Below are positions 1 to 9,160 of a DNA stretch of 60,664 nt, piece after piece; the stretch's first letter is position 1, and each line of letters begins with the position of its first letter. Origin of the DNA: Thermoplasmata archaeon. Its GTDB lineage: Archaea > Thermoplasmatota > Thermoplasmata > Lutacidiplasmatales > UBA184. The position numbers and the translations under genes were made by a program. Where the stretch lies: the NCBI GenBank assembly GCA_021826685.1, contig JAKAYT010000005.1:1068-61731 (forward strand), written 5' to 3'. The notes beneath the pieces were generated by a model. It did not search any database, had not been told where the DNA came from, and was given only the letters and a program-made list of their open reading frames with translations.

Positions 1-1071
1 GCCGCTTTTCACCTCGCGGTAGGCCTTGCTCTTGGCGACCTTGGCCTCGCGGATCCGAAGGATGCCCCAGTGCACGAACTCCGGACCCTTCACCTTCCAC
101 AGGTCCCACAGGAACCGCTCCATCCGGTCCTCGATGACTAGATCCTTGCCGCGTAGCACGTGAGTGATGCCGAGCTCGAGGTCGTCGACGGCCCAGGAGA
201 ATTCCAGCATCGGCCAGACGCGGTAGCGGTGGCCCACGCGCGGGTGGTCGAGGTCGCTGAGCCGGAAGAGGATCCGGTCGCGGAACGCCGGGTCGGGGTC
301 CTGCATGTCCGTGCGCAGACGCAGGACCGCCGACCCGACCGCAAACTCGCCGGCGAGCATCCGGTTCCACTCCCGCATCGTTTCCTCGGTGGTCTGGTCT
401 CGCTCTGGGCAAGCGCGGCCCGCCGCGCGATTCGCTCGAAGGAGGTCGGCCGGACAATGGCAGACATAGGCGCCCCCGGCCTCGATGGTCCTCAAGGCCC
501 ACGGATAGAACGCACCCACTCGATCGGACTTGTAGTACACCGCGTCCGGGCGGACTTGGGCGAGGTCGAGGTCCCCGCGGATGATGTCGTAGAACTCGGA
601 CTCTACCTTCTTCTCTTCGGACCCCGGGGTGTCGTCGAAGACCAGGAGAAGCCGGCCCGCGTACCGCTTCCGATAGTGATCGTTCGCGTAGATCATCCGG
701 GCGTGTCCGATGTGGAGCGCACCGCTCGGGAAGGGGGCAAGACGGAGCACGACCTCCCCGGGGCCGGCACCCGGCAGGTCCGGAAACTCCGCGCCGTGAT
801 CCGCCGACGTCGCGCGGGGCGCGCGAGCCTCGGGTCCTCCGAGCGCGGCCAGAGCATCGGCCCGGGCGCGCGCGTCCATCCCCCCAATCTCGGCGACGAC
901 CCTATCCGCCTCCGCGCGAACCTCGCTCGCGCTCGATCTCAGCGACGCGTCCTGGCTGAGGAGGCGCGCCACCACCGGGCCCGAGCGCGGAGCGTCGCCG
1001 TGCTCGATGGCGTTCTCGAGCGCGATCCGACGTAGCCGGATCCGTACCTCCGGGGGAATCGGCACGAGCAC
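1..1071 (-). CDS. gltX: Glutamyl-tRNA synthetase, archaeal type (3' part runs off the window)
   Basis: Manual translation gives VVLRLAPFPSGALHIGHAR (HIGH motif), WPMLEFSWAVDDLELGITHVLRGKDL and EFVHWGILRIREAKVAKSK. GTG start at 1071 or 1065. Not in the ORF track. Confidence 0.95.
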   Translation of the reverse strand, partial: MLVPIPPEVRIRLRRIALENAIEHGDAPRSGPVVARLLSQDASLRSSASEVRAEADRVVAEIGGMDARARADALAALGGPEARAPRATSADHGAEFPDLPGAGPGEVVLRLAPFPSGALHIGHARMIYANDHYRKRYAGRLLLVFDDTPGSEEKKVESEFYDIIRGDLDLAQVRPDAVYYKSDRVGAFYPWALRTIEAGGAYVCHCPADLLRANRAAGRACPERDQTTEETMREWNRMLAGEFAVGSAVLRLRTDMQDPDPAFRDRILFRLSDLDHPRVGHRYRVWPMLEFSWAVDDLELGITHVLRGKDLVIEDRMERFLWDLWKVKGPEFVHWGILRIREAKVAKSKAYREVKSG

Positions 1072-1088
1072 CAACCAGCGGCGAGGCG

Positions 1089-1904
1089 TTAAAGGAGTTC
1101 GCGCGGGGAGGAGATCTCTCCCCGGGGAGGGGGCGAAGCGGGCCGGTCACTCCGGGCGGAGGCGGCCAGCGCTTCCGAAAGGGTCAGCTCCCCCCGGAGG
1201 ACGCGATGGGCCACGGAGCGAGGAATCGTGATCCGGCCGCCACTCCCGATGCGACTCAGTCGCTGGAGGTTGGCGACCTCCCCCTCCGTGACCGTCGTCG
1301 GGATCGGAGCGTAGACATCCCGGCCCTCGGTCACCGCGATCCGTCGGGCAGCGAGCATGTCACGCGGCCGGCGATGGCCGCGCGGGGTAGTCCCCTGCTC
1401 GTCGACGAGCTCAACGCGACGCCGTCGCTCGAGAAGCCCGTTCACGATGCGGTTGCGCGAAGGCGGGTCACCGGAGCCCACGCGGTACCGGATGGAACGA
1501 GTCGGGAAGCGGTGGCGCAAGTGATCCGCGAAGCGTACGCTCGCCTCGGGGGACTCCAGCACGCCTTCCCCGACGAAGGAGTTCCCGCTCATGACCGCGT
1601 ATCCCGGGCGCGGGCCAGGATCGACGCCCACGATCAGCTCCGGTGCGCCCGTCGGTGCTAAGAGCGCGTCCCCCACCGCGGCCCAGAGGGCGTGACGGTC
1701 CCCTCCCTCGGGCACGGGCAACACTCGCACGTGATCGACGAGCGGGGCCTCGCGCGGGGTGGTAATGACCGCGGCCACCCGGTCCGGAATCCGATCGCCC
1801 GGAAGCAGGCTCACGCAGGGGATCTTGCGCTCCCGCAGCGCTCCCGCGATCTCGCTGTAGAGCGAGGGGTCGCGGGTGACCAGCGCCACGCAACGAGGAG
1901 CCAA
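1089..1904 (-). CDS. Hypothetical protein with an RNase H-like (YqgF/RuvC-type) segment
   Basis: Contains LIVGVDPGPRPGYAV, resembling the first RNase H-fold strand. TTG start at 1904 chosen from an AT-rich box at ~1930-1938; the ORF extends to 1946. Confidence 0.6.
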   Translation of the reverse strand: MAPRCVALVTRDPSLYSEIAGALRERKIPCVSLLPGDRIPDRVAAVITTPREAPLVDHVRVLPVPEGGDRHALWAAVGDALLAPTGAPELIVGVDPGPRPGYAVMSGNSFVGEGVLESPEASVRFADHLRHRFPTRSIRYRVGSGDPPSRNRIVNGLLERRRRVELVDEQGTTPRGHRRPRDMLAARRIAVTEGRDVYAPIPTTVTEGEVANLQRLSRIGSGGRITIPRSVAHRVLRGELTLSEALAASARSDRPASPPPRGEISSPRELL

Positions 1905-1956
1905 CGGCCGGTAAACCGGAACAACGGCCATATACTTTGCGCGCAACTTCCTCGTC

Positions 1957-2283
1957 GTGACGGTCTGCCTTCACTGCGGAACACTGGGAGAACCGGGGGC
2001 TTTGTTCTGCACGAAATGCGGATACACGCTGCCGCAGACCGGGACCGCTGCGGCGCCCGCCCGGCCGCCCTCGCTGGGGCCGTCTTCGCTTCCTCCACCG
2101 GCCCCTCCGGGACCCGGTTCCGCTCCCGTGTACTACGCCGCACCTCCGCGAGGTTCGGGACCGACGCCCACCTATTCGAGCGTCTACGCCGGTCCTCCAC
2201 CCACTCCCTGCATCCGCTGCGGAACCCTCATTGCGCCCGGAGCGGTCTACTGCCCCGTATGCCAAAGCCCTCAGATCCCGTGA
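1957..2283 (+). CDS. Double zinc-ribbon protein with a Pro-rich linker
   Basis: CLHC..CTKC at the N-terminus and CIRC..CPVC at the C-terminus. Its stop overlaps the next start (GTGA). Confidence 0.8.
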   Translation: MTVCLHCGTLGEPGALFCTKCGYTLPQTGTAAAPARPPSLGPSSLPPPAPPGPGSAPVYYAAPPRGSGPTPTYSSVYAGPPPTPCIRCGTLIAPGAVYCPVCQSPQIP

Positions 2284-2708
2284 GATCGGGCCGTCGTGGG
2301 CGACGGACCGCCGCGATGGTCCGGATCGCCCGAGAGCGGATCGACGATCTGTTCGGCCTCGCGGAGCAGGAGTCCCAGCGAGGGGAGCTGGAGCTGGCCC
2401 ACCGATACGTCGTGCTCGCCCGGGAGATCGGCGCTCGCTACAACGTTCGACTGCTCCCGGAGTATCGAGAGATGTACTGTCGGGGCTGTTCGACCTATTG
2501 GGTCGAGGGCCGGACCGTCCGCACGCGGTTGCGCCCGGGCCATCGGGTCCGCACCTGCCTGCGGTGCGGACGCGCGCGACGGAGCCGAATTCGGCGGACA
2601 CCGGCGATGGTCGTAGAGTCCACCCTCGAGCGGCGAGCCCCCGCGACCTTCCAAGGCGCCATCCTCGTCGGAGGCGACGAGGACGAACCCCGCCCAGAAC
2701 GACCTTAA
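2280..2708 (+). CDS. rnp4: RNase P protein subunit Rpp21 (Rpr2/Snm1 family)
   Basis: IARERIDDLF..A, RYVVLAREIG.RYNVRL, YCRGC...TCLRCG. Start is GTG 2280 or ATG 2316. Confidence 0.9.
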   Translation: MRSGRRGRRTAAMVRIARERIDDLFGLAEQESQRGELELAHRYVVLAREIGARYNVRLLPEYREMYCRGCSTYWVEGRTVRTRLRPGHRVRTCLRCGRARRSRIRRTPAMVVESTLERRAPATFQGAILVGGDEDEPRPERP

Positions 2709-2733
2709 CCCGGAGCCGTTCCCCTACGGACGA

Positions 2734-2816
2734 GCCGGGGTGGCCGAGCGGCCAAAGGCGGCAGACTCAAGATCTGCTCTCGCAGGAGTTCCCAGGTTCA
2801 AATCCTGGCCCCGGCA
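2734..2816 (+). tRNA. tRNA-Leu(CAA), CCA not encoded
   Basis: Acceptor GCCGGGG/CCCCGGC, anticodon arm GCAGA-CTCAAGA-TCTGC, long variable arm, T-loop GTTCAAAT. CTTAA box ~30 nt upstream. Confidence 0.97.
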
Positions 2817-2834
2817 CTCTGCCCAGCCCGTGTC

Positions 2835-3098
2835 CTAGTAGACGCTCGAACGATGCGCGAACCGAGTGAAGATGATCGTCGACCCCTCGCGCTGGTAGAT
2901 CCCCCGAAACTTGCCGACACGCAATCTCCACATCCCCTTCAAGCCTCTCAGAGGACGGATGTCCAAGCCGGGACGGGCGCGACCGGGGGTTTCCTGGAGT
3001 AGGGCAATGGCCGCCGCGAATCATCGCTGGGTTTCCCGGTCGAGCCTGTCGAACTCCCTCACCGCGCTCTTCGTGAGACGAACTTCGAAATCGCTCAC
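2835..3098 (-). pseudogene. RelE/ParE-family toxin with an in-frame TGA at codon 26
   Basis: VSDFEVRLTKSAVREFDRLDRETQR*FAAAIALLQETP...DIRPLRGLKGMWRLRVGKFRGIY...FAHRSSVY. The stop is at 3021-3023. Confidence 0.85.
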
Positions 3099-3101
3099 GA
3101 C

Positions 3102-3314
3102 TCAGAGCTTGCGCCGACTTCGGACGGCCTCCCAGGAGACCGTCTCCTCCTCCCGGAGTCGCCGAAGATGTTCCTGGATGAAGGAATCGGGGGGAATCTC
3201 GTCCATCATCTCGTTCAGCACATCGTCGTACGTCGCCCCTCCCGTCTTGTAACTCCTCAAGCGACGGAGGGTGTCTCCTTTCACTGGCACCGTGGTGAGG
3301 GAGATCGCCATCAA
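3102..3314 (-). CDS. Putative antitoxin (RHH-like) paired with the RelE pseudogene
   Basis: 70 aa, TTVPVKGDTLRRLRSYK...YDDVLNEMMD...VSWEAV; ends 3 nt before the toxin start. Confidence 0.75.
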   Translation of the reverse strand: MMAISLTTVPVKGDTLRRLRSYKTGGATYDDVLNEMMDEIPPDSFIQEHLRRLREEETVSWEAVRSRRKL

Positions 3315-3551
3315 TGCATTCCATGGTGTCCACGTTCTTAACGTTCGTGATGGGAGTCAGAGTTCACGAGGTGTTGGAGATCAGACCCATTGGCTGCGCG
3401 GATCCGGGCCAAGGCTCGAACTTTTCGGCCATGCATGGCCCTGGCGGGCCTCTGTCCCGTCGCAGCACTGGCGGAGAGAGGCGTACCCTGCGGCAGCTCC
3501 GCGAGGAGCGGGGACGGCTCGCGTCTCTGTCGACCCGCTGGATGCTGCGGG

Positions 3552-3821
3552 TCAGAGCCCATACGCCTCGTCGTGGTGCGCGAGACGTAGCAATCTCACC
3601 GTTCTGCGCCCGACGGCGGGCTCGAAGAGGAGCACGAACGAGCCACCGACGTGGACACGACGGACACCTTGGAGCGGGGCTCGCAGGGGTTTGTAGTGCA
3701 AGGGCGCTTCGCGAAGCTGCGCGATCTTGGTATCGACCGCGTGTCGCAGGCCGGCGTTCCGGCTGCACAACCTCCGGTAGTCTTGCTCGAACTCGGCCGA
3801 AACCTCGAGGTTCCAGCTCAC
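3552..3821 (-). CDS. RelE/ParE/YafQ-type toxin
   Basis: YKPLRAPLQGVRRVHVGGSFVLLF...LAHHDEAY; overlaps the upstream antitoxin by 4 nt. Confidence 0.85.
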   Translation of the reverse strand: MSWNLEVSAEFEQDYRRLCSRNAGLRHAVDTKIAQLREAPLHYKPLRAPLQGVRRVHVGGSFVLLFEPAVGRRTVRLLRLAHHDEAYGL

Positions 3822-4054
3822 TTCGGAGACTCCAGCAGTTCCGCCGGCGACCGAATCGCTCGGAACGGACCGCGTCGAACTCGCTGGAGACCTTCCACGA
3901 ACTCGGGCCGAAGGGCCGGGTCCAGAATCCTCTCCTCATAGGCCGCCACGATGGCTTCGATGGCCTCGTTCTTCCCGCGAAGCCCATCTCGGGCCTTGAC
4001 GACGTTCACAATCCGGTTGGCGTGCTCCGACAGGTCGACGACTGCCTTCGGCAT
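3818..4054 (-). CDS. Antitoxin, DUF2683-like
   Basis: MPKAVVDLSEHANRIVNVVKARDGL..K.EAI....YEERILDPALRPEFVE matches my recollection of this archaeal family; translationally coupled to the toxin. Confidence 0.75.
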   Translation of the reverse strand: MPKAVVDLSEHANRIVNVVKARDGLRGKNEAIEAIVAAYEERILDPALRPEFVEGLQRVRRGPFRAIRSPAELLESPK

Positions 4055-4418
4055 AGCTTCGAATAACTTGAAGTATCTCTAGACTATAAGGTCGATTCTC
4101 TCGAACGAACCCGTGGATGGCCCCGATGCCTACCGTCGAGGGTCCGCGCCGGCGGGACCGACGAGATCCGGAGCGGAGACGGAACTGGAAGTCCGCTCCA
4201 ATGTCCCAACATCGAAGTTTCGGCCGTTGCGTGACCCCGGCACTTCGCGAACGTGGGTAGGTCCGTCCCGCCGACCGTTCAGAAGCGGGGCCGTCGAGAC
4301 CGATTGGGAGGGGCCAGACCTCGATGCGGCCGGCAGCGTCTCCCACGCGATGGTCCTGTAGCCCCATCGAGGGCGCCGGGACTTCGATCCCGATCGGGGC
4401 ACCGAGCACTCAGGTCCG

Positions 4419-5189
4419 TTACGTTCCCGCCCGCAAGCGTACCGGATCCCATGCGATGAACCTCGCCGTGCGGGGTCGGTCCGTCCCGGAGGGATCCGCC
4501 AGGAACTCCGCCCGGAGGCGCCGGAGGATCTCGCCGTGCACTTCGGGCGGGATGTGACCCCCTCCGATCATCTCCGCGGCCCATCGGGAAAGTCGCTCGT
4601 CCGTGTTCTCCCCCGGAGCCCTGGACAAGGGGACTACATGTACGGCCGTGGGAGAGGCCATCGCGGAGAGGTCCTCCAATGTATACCGGTAGCGCTGGCC
4701 GCGCTCCGGTACTGGATATCCCATTTCCGCCGCCAGCTCTACGTAGCGGGCGCGTCGTAGGCGCCACGCTTCCGGGGGGCTCCGCTCGAGCCACTCGGGG
4801 AGTTGCACCACCACGTGACGGCGGGCTACCCGACCCAACTCCCGGAGCGCCCGGGAGGCATCCGGGAGGAGCTGGAGGACGTGGGCCATGAACGCTGCAT
4901 CCACCGACCGGTCGGCGAGCGGAAGGTGGAACAGGGTCGCCCGGACCAGGTGGGGGACCCCCTTCGCGCGCGCCCGTCGCATCATGCCGAGAGAGAGGTC
5001 GATCCCGATGACCTCGAACCCGTGCGAGCGCAGCGGCGCGGCGAACCGACCCGTGCCCACCCCCGCGTCGAGCACGGTCCGGCATCCCGAGAAGAGTGCG
5101 GTCAAGGCCCCGAGCTCTCCTTCGGAAGGTCGGGGGCGGGTCTCGTCGTAGATCGGGGCGATCCGGTCGAATTCCACTTCTTCGGGCAT
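4419..5189 (-). CDS. Class I SAM-dependent methyltransferase
   Basis: FDRIAPIYD..R, VLDAGVGTGRF, GIDLSLGM, LPLADRSVDAA. ATG at 5189. Confidence 0.9.
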   Translation of the reverse strand: MPEEVEFDRIAPIYDETRPRPSEGELGALTALFSGCRTVLDAGVGTGRFAAPLRSHGFEVIGIDLSLGMMRRARAKGVPHLVRATLFHLPLADRSVDAAFMAHVLQLLPDASRALRELGRVARRHVVVQLPEWLERSPPEAWRLRRARYVELAAEMGYPVPERGQRYRYTLEDLSAMASPTAVHVVPLSRAPGENTDERLSRWAAEMIGGGHIPPEVHGEILRRLRAEFLADPSGTDRPRTARFIAWDPVRLRAGT

Positions 5190-5215
5190 CGACGTGGGAG
5201 GAGAACCCTCGCGCT

Positions 5216-6313
5216 TCACGCTTGCGAGTCCTGAGGTTTCGCCAACGATCCATCGACCGGCGTCGCCCGCATCGGGAGGTAAGACTCGGAGAGGCGGCCC
5301 ACGATCGGCACTCGCGCTCCACAGGCCTTGCAGCGATTCTCCGAGTCGAGGTACCATCCTTGGATCGCGAAGCCGTAGCGCCGGACCACCATCGCCCCGC
5401 ATTCCGCGCAATACGTATGCTCGAGCGGATGGCCCCAGACGTTCCCGAGGTAGACGTAGCGAAGCCCCTCGGCGCGCGCCGCCGCGTGGAGCCGTTCGAG
5501 GGTTTCGATGGGCGTCATGGGCAGGTCCATCATCTTGTAATCGGGATGCCAGCGCAAAAGATGGAACGGCGTGTCCCGGCCGAGTCGGTCTCGGACCTCG
5601 CCCGCCAGTACTCGAAGCGCCTCGATCGAGTCGCCGGCCCGAGGGACGATGAGGTCCGTCACTTCGACGTGGACCCCTCCTTGCTTCAGCCCCTCCATCG
5701 TGCGGAGGATCGGAACGTCGTCCTTCGCCGCGATGTATTTGCGCAGGAAGCCCGCCTCACCGCTTCCCTTGAAGTCGACACTCACGGCGTCCAATCGTCC
5801 GGAAAGCGCGGAGACGGCCTCCGGCGTCATGTAGCCGTTCGTAACGAAGTTCGCGAAGAGTCCCCGCCGGCGCGCTTCCTTCATCACATCCCGGGCGTAC
5901 TCGATGAAGATCGTCGGTTCGTTGTACGTGAACGTGACGCCTTGACAACCGTAGCGCACGGCTTCGTCTACAGCTCGTTGCGGGGACAGGGACCTCCCTA
6001 CGATATCGCGCTCTTGGGAGATCTCCGCGTTCTGACAGTATTGGCACCGCCAATTGCAACCGACGGTTCCGATCGAGTACACGCGACTTCCCGGGTGAAA
6101 GTGGGAGAGCGGCTTCTTCTCGATGGGGTCGACCTGGACCGCCGCGGCCTTCCCGTAGGTGAGGAGCTCGAGCCGCCCGTGATGGTTCTTGCGAACGAAG
6201 CAGAAACCGTGCGAGCCCTCCGGGATAACGCAGTATCGAGCGCATGCGGTGCAGCGGACCTTGCCGCCGGGCAACGGTTCGAACAAGGTGGCCGGGTGTC
6301 CCGCGACGCTCAT
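5216..6313 (-). CDS. amrS: Radical SAM enzyme of the AmmeMemoRadiSam (AmrS, PflA-like) type
   Basis: CTACARYC..C.VR, DPIEKKPL.HF.PG, GCNWRCQYCQN, FTYNEPTI, YLGNVWG, YCAECG. Confidence 0.85.
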   Translation of the reverse strand: MSVAGHPATLFEPLPGGKVRCTACARYCVIPEGSHGFCFVRKNHHGRLELLTYGKAAAVQVDPIEKKPLSHFHPGSRVYSIGTVGCNWRCQYCQNAEISQERDIVGRSLSPQRAVDEAVRYGCQGVTFTYNEPTIFIEYARDVMKEARRRGLFANFVTNGYMTPEAVSALSGRLDAVSVDFKGSGEAGFLRKYIAAKDDVPILRTMEGLKQGGVHVEVTDLIVPRAGDSIEALRVLAGEVRDRLGRDTPFHLLRWHPDYKMMDLPMTPIETLERLHAAARAEGLRYVYLGNVWGHPLEHTYCAECGAMVVRRYGFAIQGWYLDSENRCKACGARVPIVGRLSESYLPMRATPVDGSLAKPQDSQA

Positions 6314-6406
6314 CCCGGAATCAAGGTCCGGCCCGCGACATAAGCTCGCGCTCGCCCGCGCGGGTGCGTCCAAGGGTTGATGTTGCGGGTTGCCTCCCGG
6401 ACCGAC

Positions 6407-7807
6407 ATGTCCGAACACCCCTCGCCCGCCCTAGACGCGGAGCGAGTGGAAGCGCGCCTACGCGCACGGCTCGAGCCGGAGCCGGAACTCCTTGCCCGTC
6501 TCGCGGAGGTACGGGCCAACCTCGTTCGGGCGGTGGGTCAGGCGGCGCGAGAGCGGAAGAGCCCCCTCTCGCGCGCCCTGATCGCGGGGAGCGCGGCGCG
6601 CGGAACATTCCTCAAGGATCGCCTTGATGTCGACCTCTTCATGCTCTTTCCTCCGACCCTCTCACGGGAGGAACTCAGCCACCACGGACTCGGGCTTGCC
6701 GAGGCGGTCCTGACCGCGCCCGAACGCCGGTACGCGGACCATCCCTACCTGCGAGGGTCCTTCCAGGGGTTCACGGTCGACGCCGTGCCCGGCTACGCGG
6801 TAACGGACCCCTCGCATCCCCTCTCGCCGGTGGATCGCACCCCCTTTCACGACGAGTACCTGAGGGCGCACGAGACTGCCGCGATGGTCGCGGACGTTCG
6901 TGTTGCAAAGCAGTTCCTCCGTGGGCTCGAGGTCTACGGATCCGAAGCCCGGACGCAAGGCTTTTCGGGCTACCTGGTCGAGCTGCTGGTACTTCAGTTC
7001 GGTGGTTTTCATGCGCTTGTCGAGAGCGCGCGGACCTGGCGGATTCCCGCGCGCATCCGGCCGGCCTCCGAAGACCCTCCGCGCCTACCCGAAGAGGTCG
7101 CCCTGATCCTCGCCGACCCCGTGGACCCGCATCGTAACGTCGCGAGCGCTCTGTCGCGCCGGAACTTGGCCCTTTTCGTTCTCGCCGCCGACGCCTACCT
7201 CGCCGAACCTTCCGAGAACTGGTTCCGAACTCCTGCCAACCCGATGCTCACGCGCGCGGATGCCTTGGTTCGGGTGGCCGACCGCGGCACCGCGGTCGTG
7301 GTCGTCGAACTCCCGCGACCTTCGCTCGTGGACGATACCCTCTATCCCCAGATCCGCAAAGCCCAACGCGCTCTGGCGGAGGAGGTGGGTCGCGCGGGAT
7401 TCACCGTGCTCGGCTCGGCCAGCGCGGCCGGCGTGAAGGGCGTGCTCGTGGCCCTCGAGGTAGCGAGCGGGACGCTCCCGGCGGTCCGCCTCCAAGATGG
7501 GCCTCCCGTCGGGCTCGATCGCGTCGGAAGCTTTCTCGAAAAGTGGACCCACTCCGGCGCGCGGGTGCTCCAGGGGCCGTACGTGGACGAGGACGGCCGG
7601 CTGGCCGTCGAAACGCGGCGACCCGAGCGCGAGATCGTACCGACAATCCAACAGCTGCTCCCGCGCCTCTCGCTCGGGAAGAACCTCACGCCCGGCGTGC
7701 ACACGCTTCCTCCCGTTCGCCCGTTGGCGGATCAACCGGACTCGCCGGAGCTCGATCGTGTGCTCACCGAGCTGTTCGGTAAGCACCTGCCTTGGCGTCG
7801 GAGTTGA
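6407..7807 (+). CDS. cca: CCA-adding enzyme (archaeal class I)
   Basis: GSAARGTFLKDRLDVDLF, YADHPY, DAVPGY, SPVDRTPFH, GFSGYL.ELL, DPVDPHRNVASA. Confidence 0.95.
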   Translation: MSEHPSPALDAERVEARLRARLEPEPELLARLAEVRANLVRAVGQAARERKSPLSRALIAGSAARGTFLKDRLDVDLFMLFPPTLSREELSHHGLGLAEAVLTAPERRYADHPYLRGSFQGFTVDAVPGYAVTDPSHPLSPVDRTPFHDEYLRAHETAAMVADVRVAKQFLRGLEVYGSEARTQGFSGYLVELLVLQFGGFHALVESARTWRIPARIRPASEDPPRLPEEVALILADPVDPHRNVASALSRRNLALFVLAADAYLAEPSENWFRTPANPMLTRADALVRVADRGTAVVVVELPRPSLVDDTLYPQIRKAQRALAEEVGRAGFTVLGSASAAGVKGVLVALEVASGTLPAVRLQDGPPVGLDRVGSFLEKWTHSGARVLQGPYVDEDGRLAVETRRPEREIVPTIQQLLPRLSLGKNLTPGVHTLPPVRPLADQPDSPELDRVLTELFGKHLPWRRS

Positions 7808-7816
7808 GCGTCCCGC

Positions 7817-8185
7817 TCAGAAGTGCGCGACAATGTCGCTGAGCATGAACCAGATCGCGAGCCATCCGAAGAAAACAACCGCCATCAGTCCGGCCCAGTC
7901 CCCGCGGGTGTAGACGTGCGATCTCGGATGGAGCGCGTTCACGAGGGGGTAGACCCCGATCAGCCCGGCGAAGCCGATCACCACGCCGACCTCCCAGGGC
8001 AGGGAAGCGGCCGTGACCGCCCATGCCGCGATGCCCAACACGACCGCAAAGAGGCCCGCCACGACCATCCCGAGCGTGACCTCGTACTCCTTCAGGACGA
8101 ACGCCTTCTCGTCAAACACCGGGAACTGGAACGACGGCTCGGCCGGAGTTTCATCGGCCGACTTGGGCCGTACCTTCTTCGCCAT
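7817..8185 (-). CDS. Small hypothetical membrane protein (about 3 TM helices)
   Basis: FQFPVFDEKAF followed by three hydrophobic segments. Confidence 0.7.
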   Translation of the reverse strand: MAKKVRPKSADETPAEPSFQFPVFDEKAFVLKEYEVTLGMVVAGLFAVVLGIAAWAVTAASLPWEVGVVIGFAGLIGVYPLVNALHPRSHVYTRGDWAGLMAVVFFGWLAIWFMLSDIVAHF

Positions 8186-8190
8186 GGGGT

Positions 8191-9111
8191 TCAGCGGTCC
8201 CGACCGAGATGAGCACGCTCAAAAAGCTCGTCGGCTCGATAGGAGCTGCGCACGAGCGGGCCGGATGCCACCCCGGCGAACCCCCGGTGCCGGGCCTCCT
8301 CGGCCCAGCGATCAAACTCCTCGGGAGGCACGAAGCGCGCCACCGGAAGGTGGGCCACGGTGGGGCGCAGGTACTGACCAAAGGTCACCAAGTCCACCCG
8401 GGAGCTCCGGAGGTCGTTCAGCGTGGTGCCGACCTCGGCGTCGGACTCCCCCAGGCCGAGCATGATCGAGCTCTTGGTCACGAGGTCGCGGGGGCCGAGC
8501 TCCTTAGCCCGCGCGAGGACCTCGAGGCTGCGGTCGTAGGCGGCGCGCCGATCGCGCGCTCGACCGCTCAGCGATCGAACGGTCTCGATGTTGTGCGCGA
8601 GGACCTCGGGGGGGTCGCGTAGGACGGTGCGGAGCGCGGATGCGGATCCCCCGAGGTCCCCGATCAATAGCTCGACCCGGACCCCCGGAGCCCGCTCGCG
8701 CAGTTCACGAACGGTGCGCGCCATGTGCGTCGCGCCCCCGTCGGGAAGATCATCCCGGCATACCTGCGTGAGGACGACGTAGCGCAGGCCACTGTGCGCG
8801 ACCGCCTCCGCCACCCGCGCCGGCTCGTCGCGATCGACGACCCCCCGGGGCCAACGAGTCTCCACAGCGCAGAAGCCACAGCGACGGGTGCACTCGGTGC
8901 CCAGTAGCATGATCGTCGCCGTGCCGGCGGACCAACACTCGGCGAGGTTCGGGCAACGCGCCTCGCGGCAGACGGTGCCGAGATGCAGCCGGTCGAGCGT
9001 CGACCGTAGGTCCGCGTAGCGAGGGCCACTCGGGGGCTGCGTGCGAATCCAGCGCGGAAGCGTTGGCCGGTCGGGAACGACCGGAGCCCCCTCCATCGGC
9101 GTTGCAATCAC
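8191..9111 (-). CDS. lipA: Lipoyl synthase
   Basis: CX4CX5C (CREARCPNLAEC), CX3CX2C (CTRRCGFC), HNIETV, GQYLRP, PLVRSSY. Confidence 0.97.
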   Translation of the reverse strand: MIATPMEGAPVVPDRPTLPRWIRTQPPSGPRYADLRSTLDRLHLGTVCREARCPNLAECWSAGTATIMLLGTECTRRCGFCAVETRWPRGVVDRDEPARVAEAVAHSGLRYVVLTQVCRDDLPDGGATHMARTVRELRERAPGVRVELLIGDLGGSASALRTVLRDPPEVLAHNIETVRSLSGRARDRRAAYDRSLEVLARAKELGPRDLVTKSSIMLGLGESDAEVGTTLNDLRSSRVDLVTFGQYLRPTVAHLPVARFVPPEEFDRWAEEARHRGFAGVASGPLVRSSYRADELFERAHLGRDR

Positions 9112-9160
9112 GGCCGCTCGACCGGGGTGGCCCGTTTATGCTTTGCCGACGGCCGGTCCC

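Noticed and set aside
3021-3023. Selenocysteine recoding of the TGA in relE
   Set aside because: The position corresponds to a basic helix residue, not a Cys, and there is no Sec context. A CGA>TGA change is simpler.
3330-3550. Spacer between the two TA modules as an integrase remnant
   Set aside because: No frame gives a recognisable motif.
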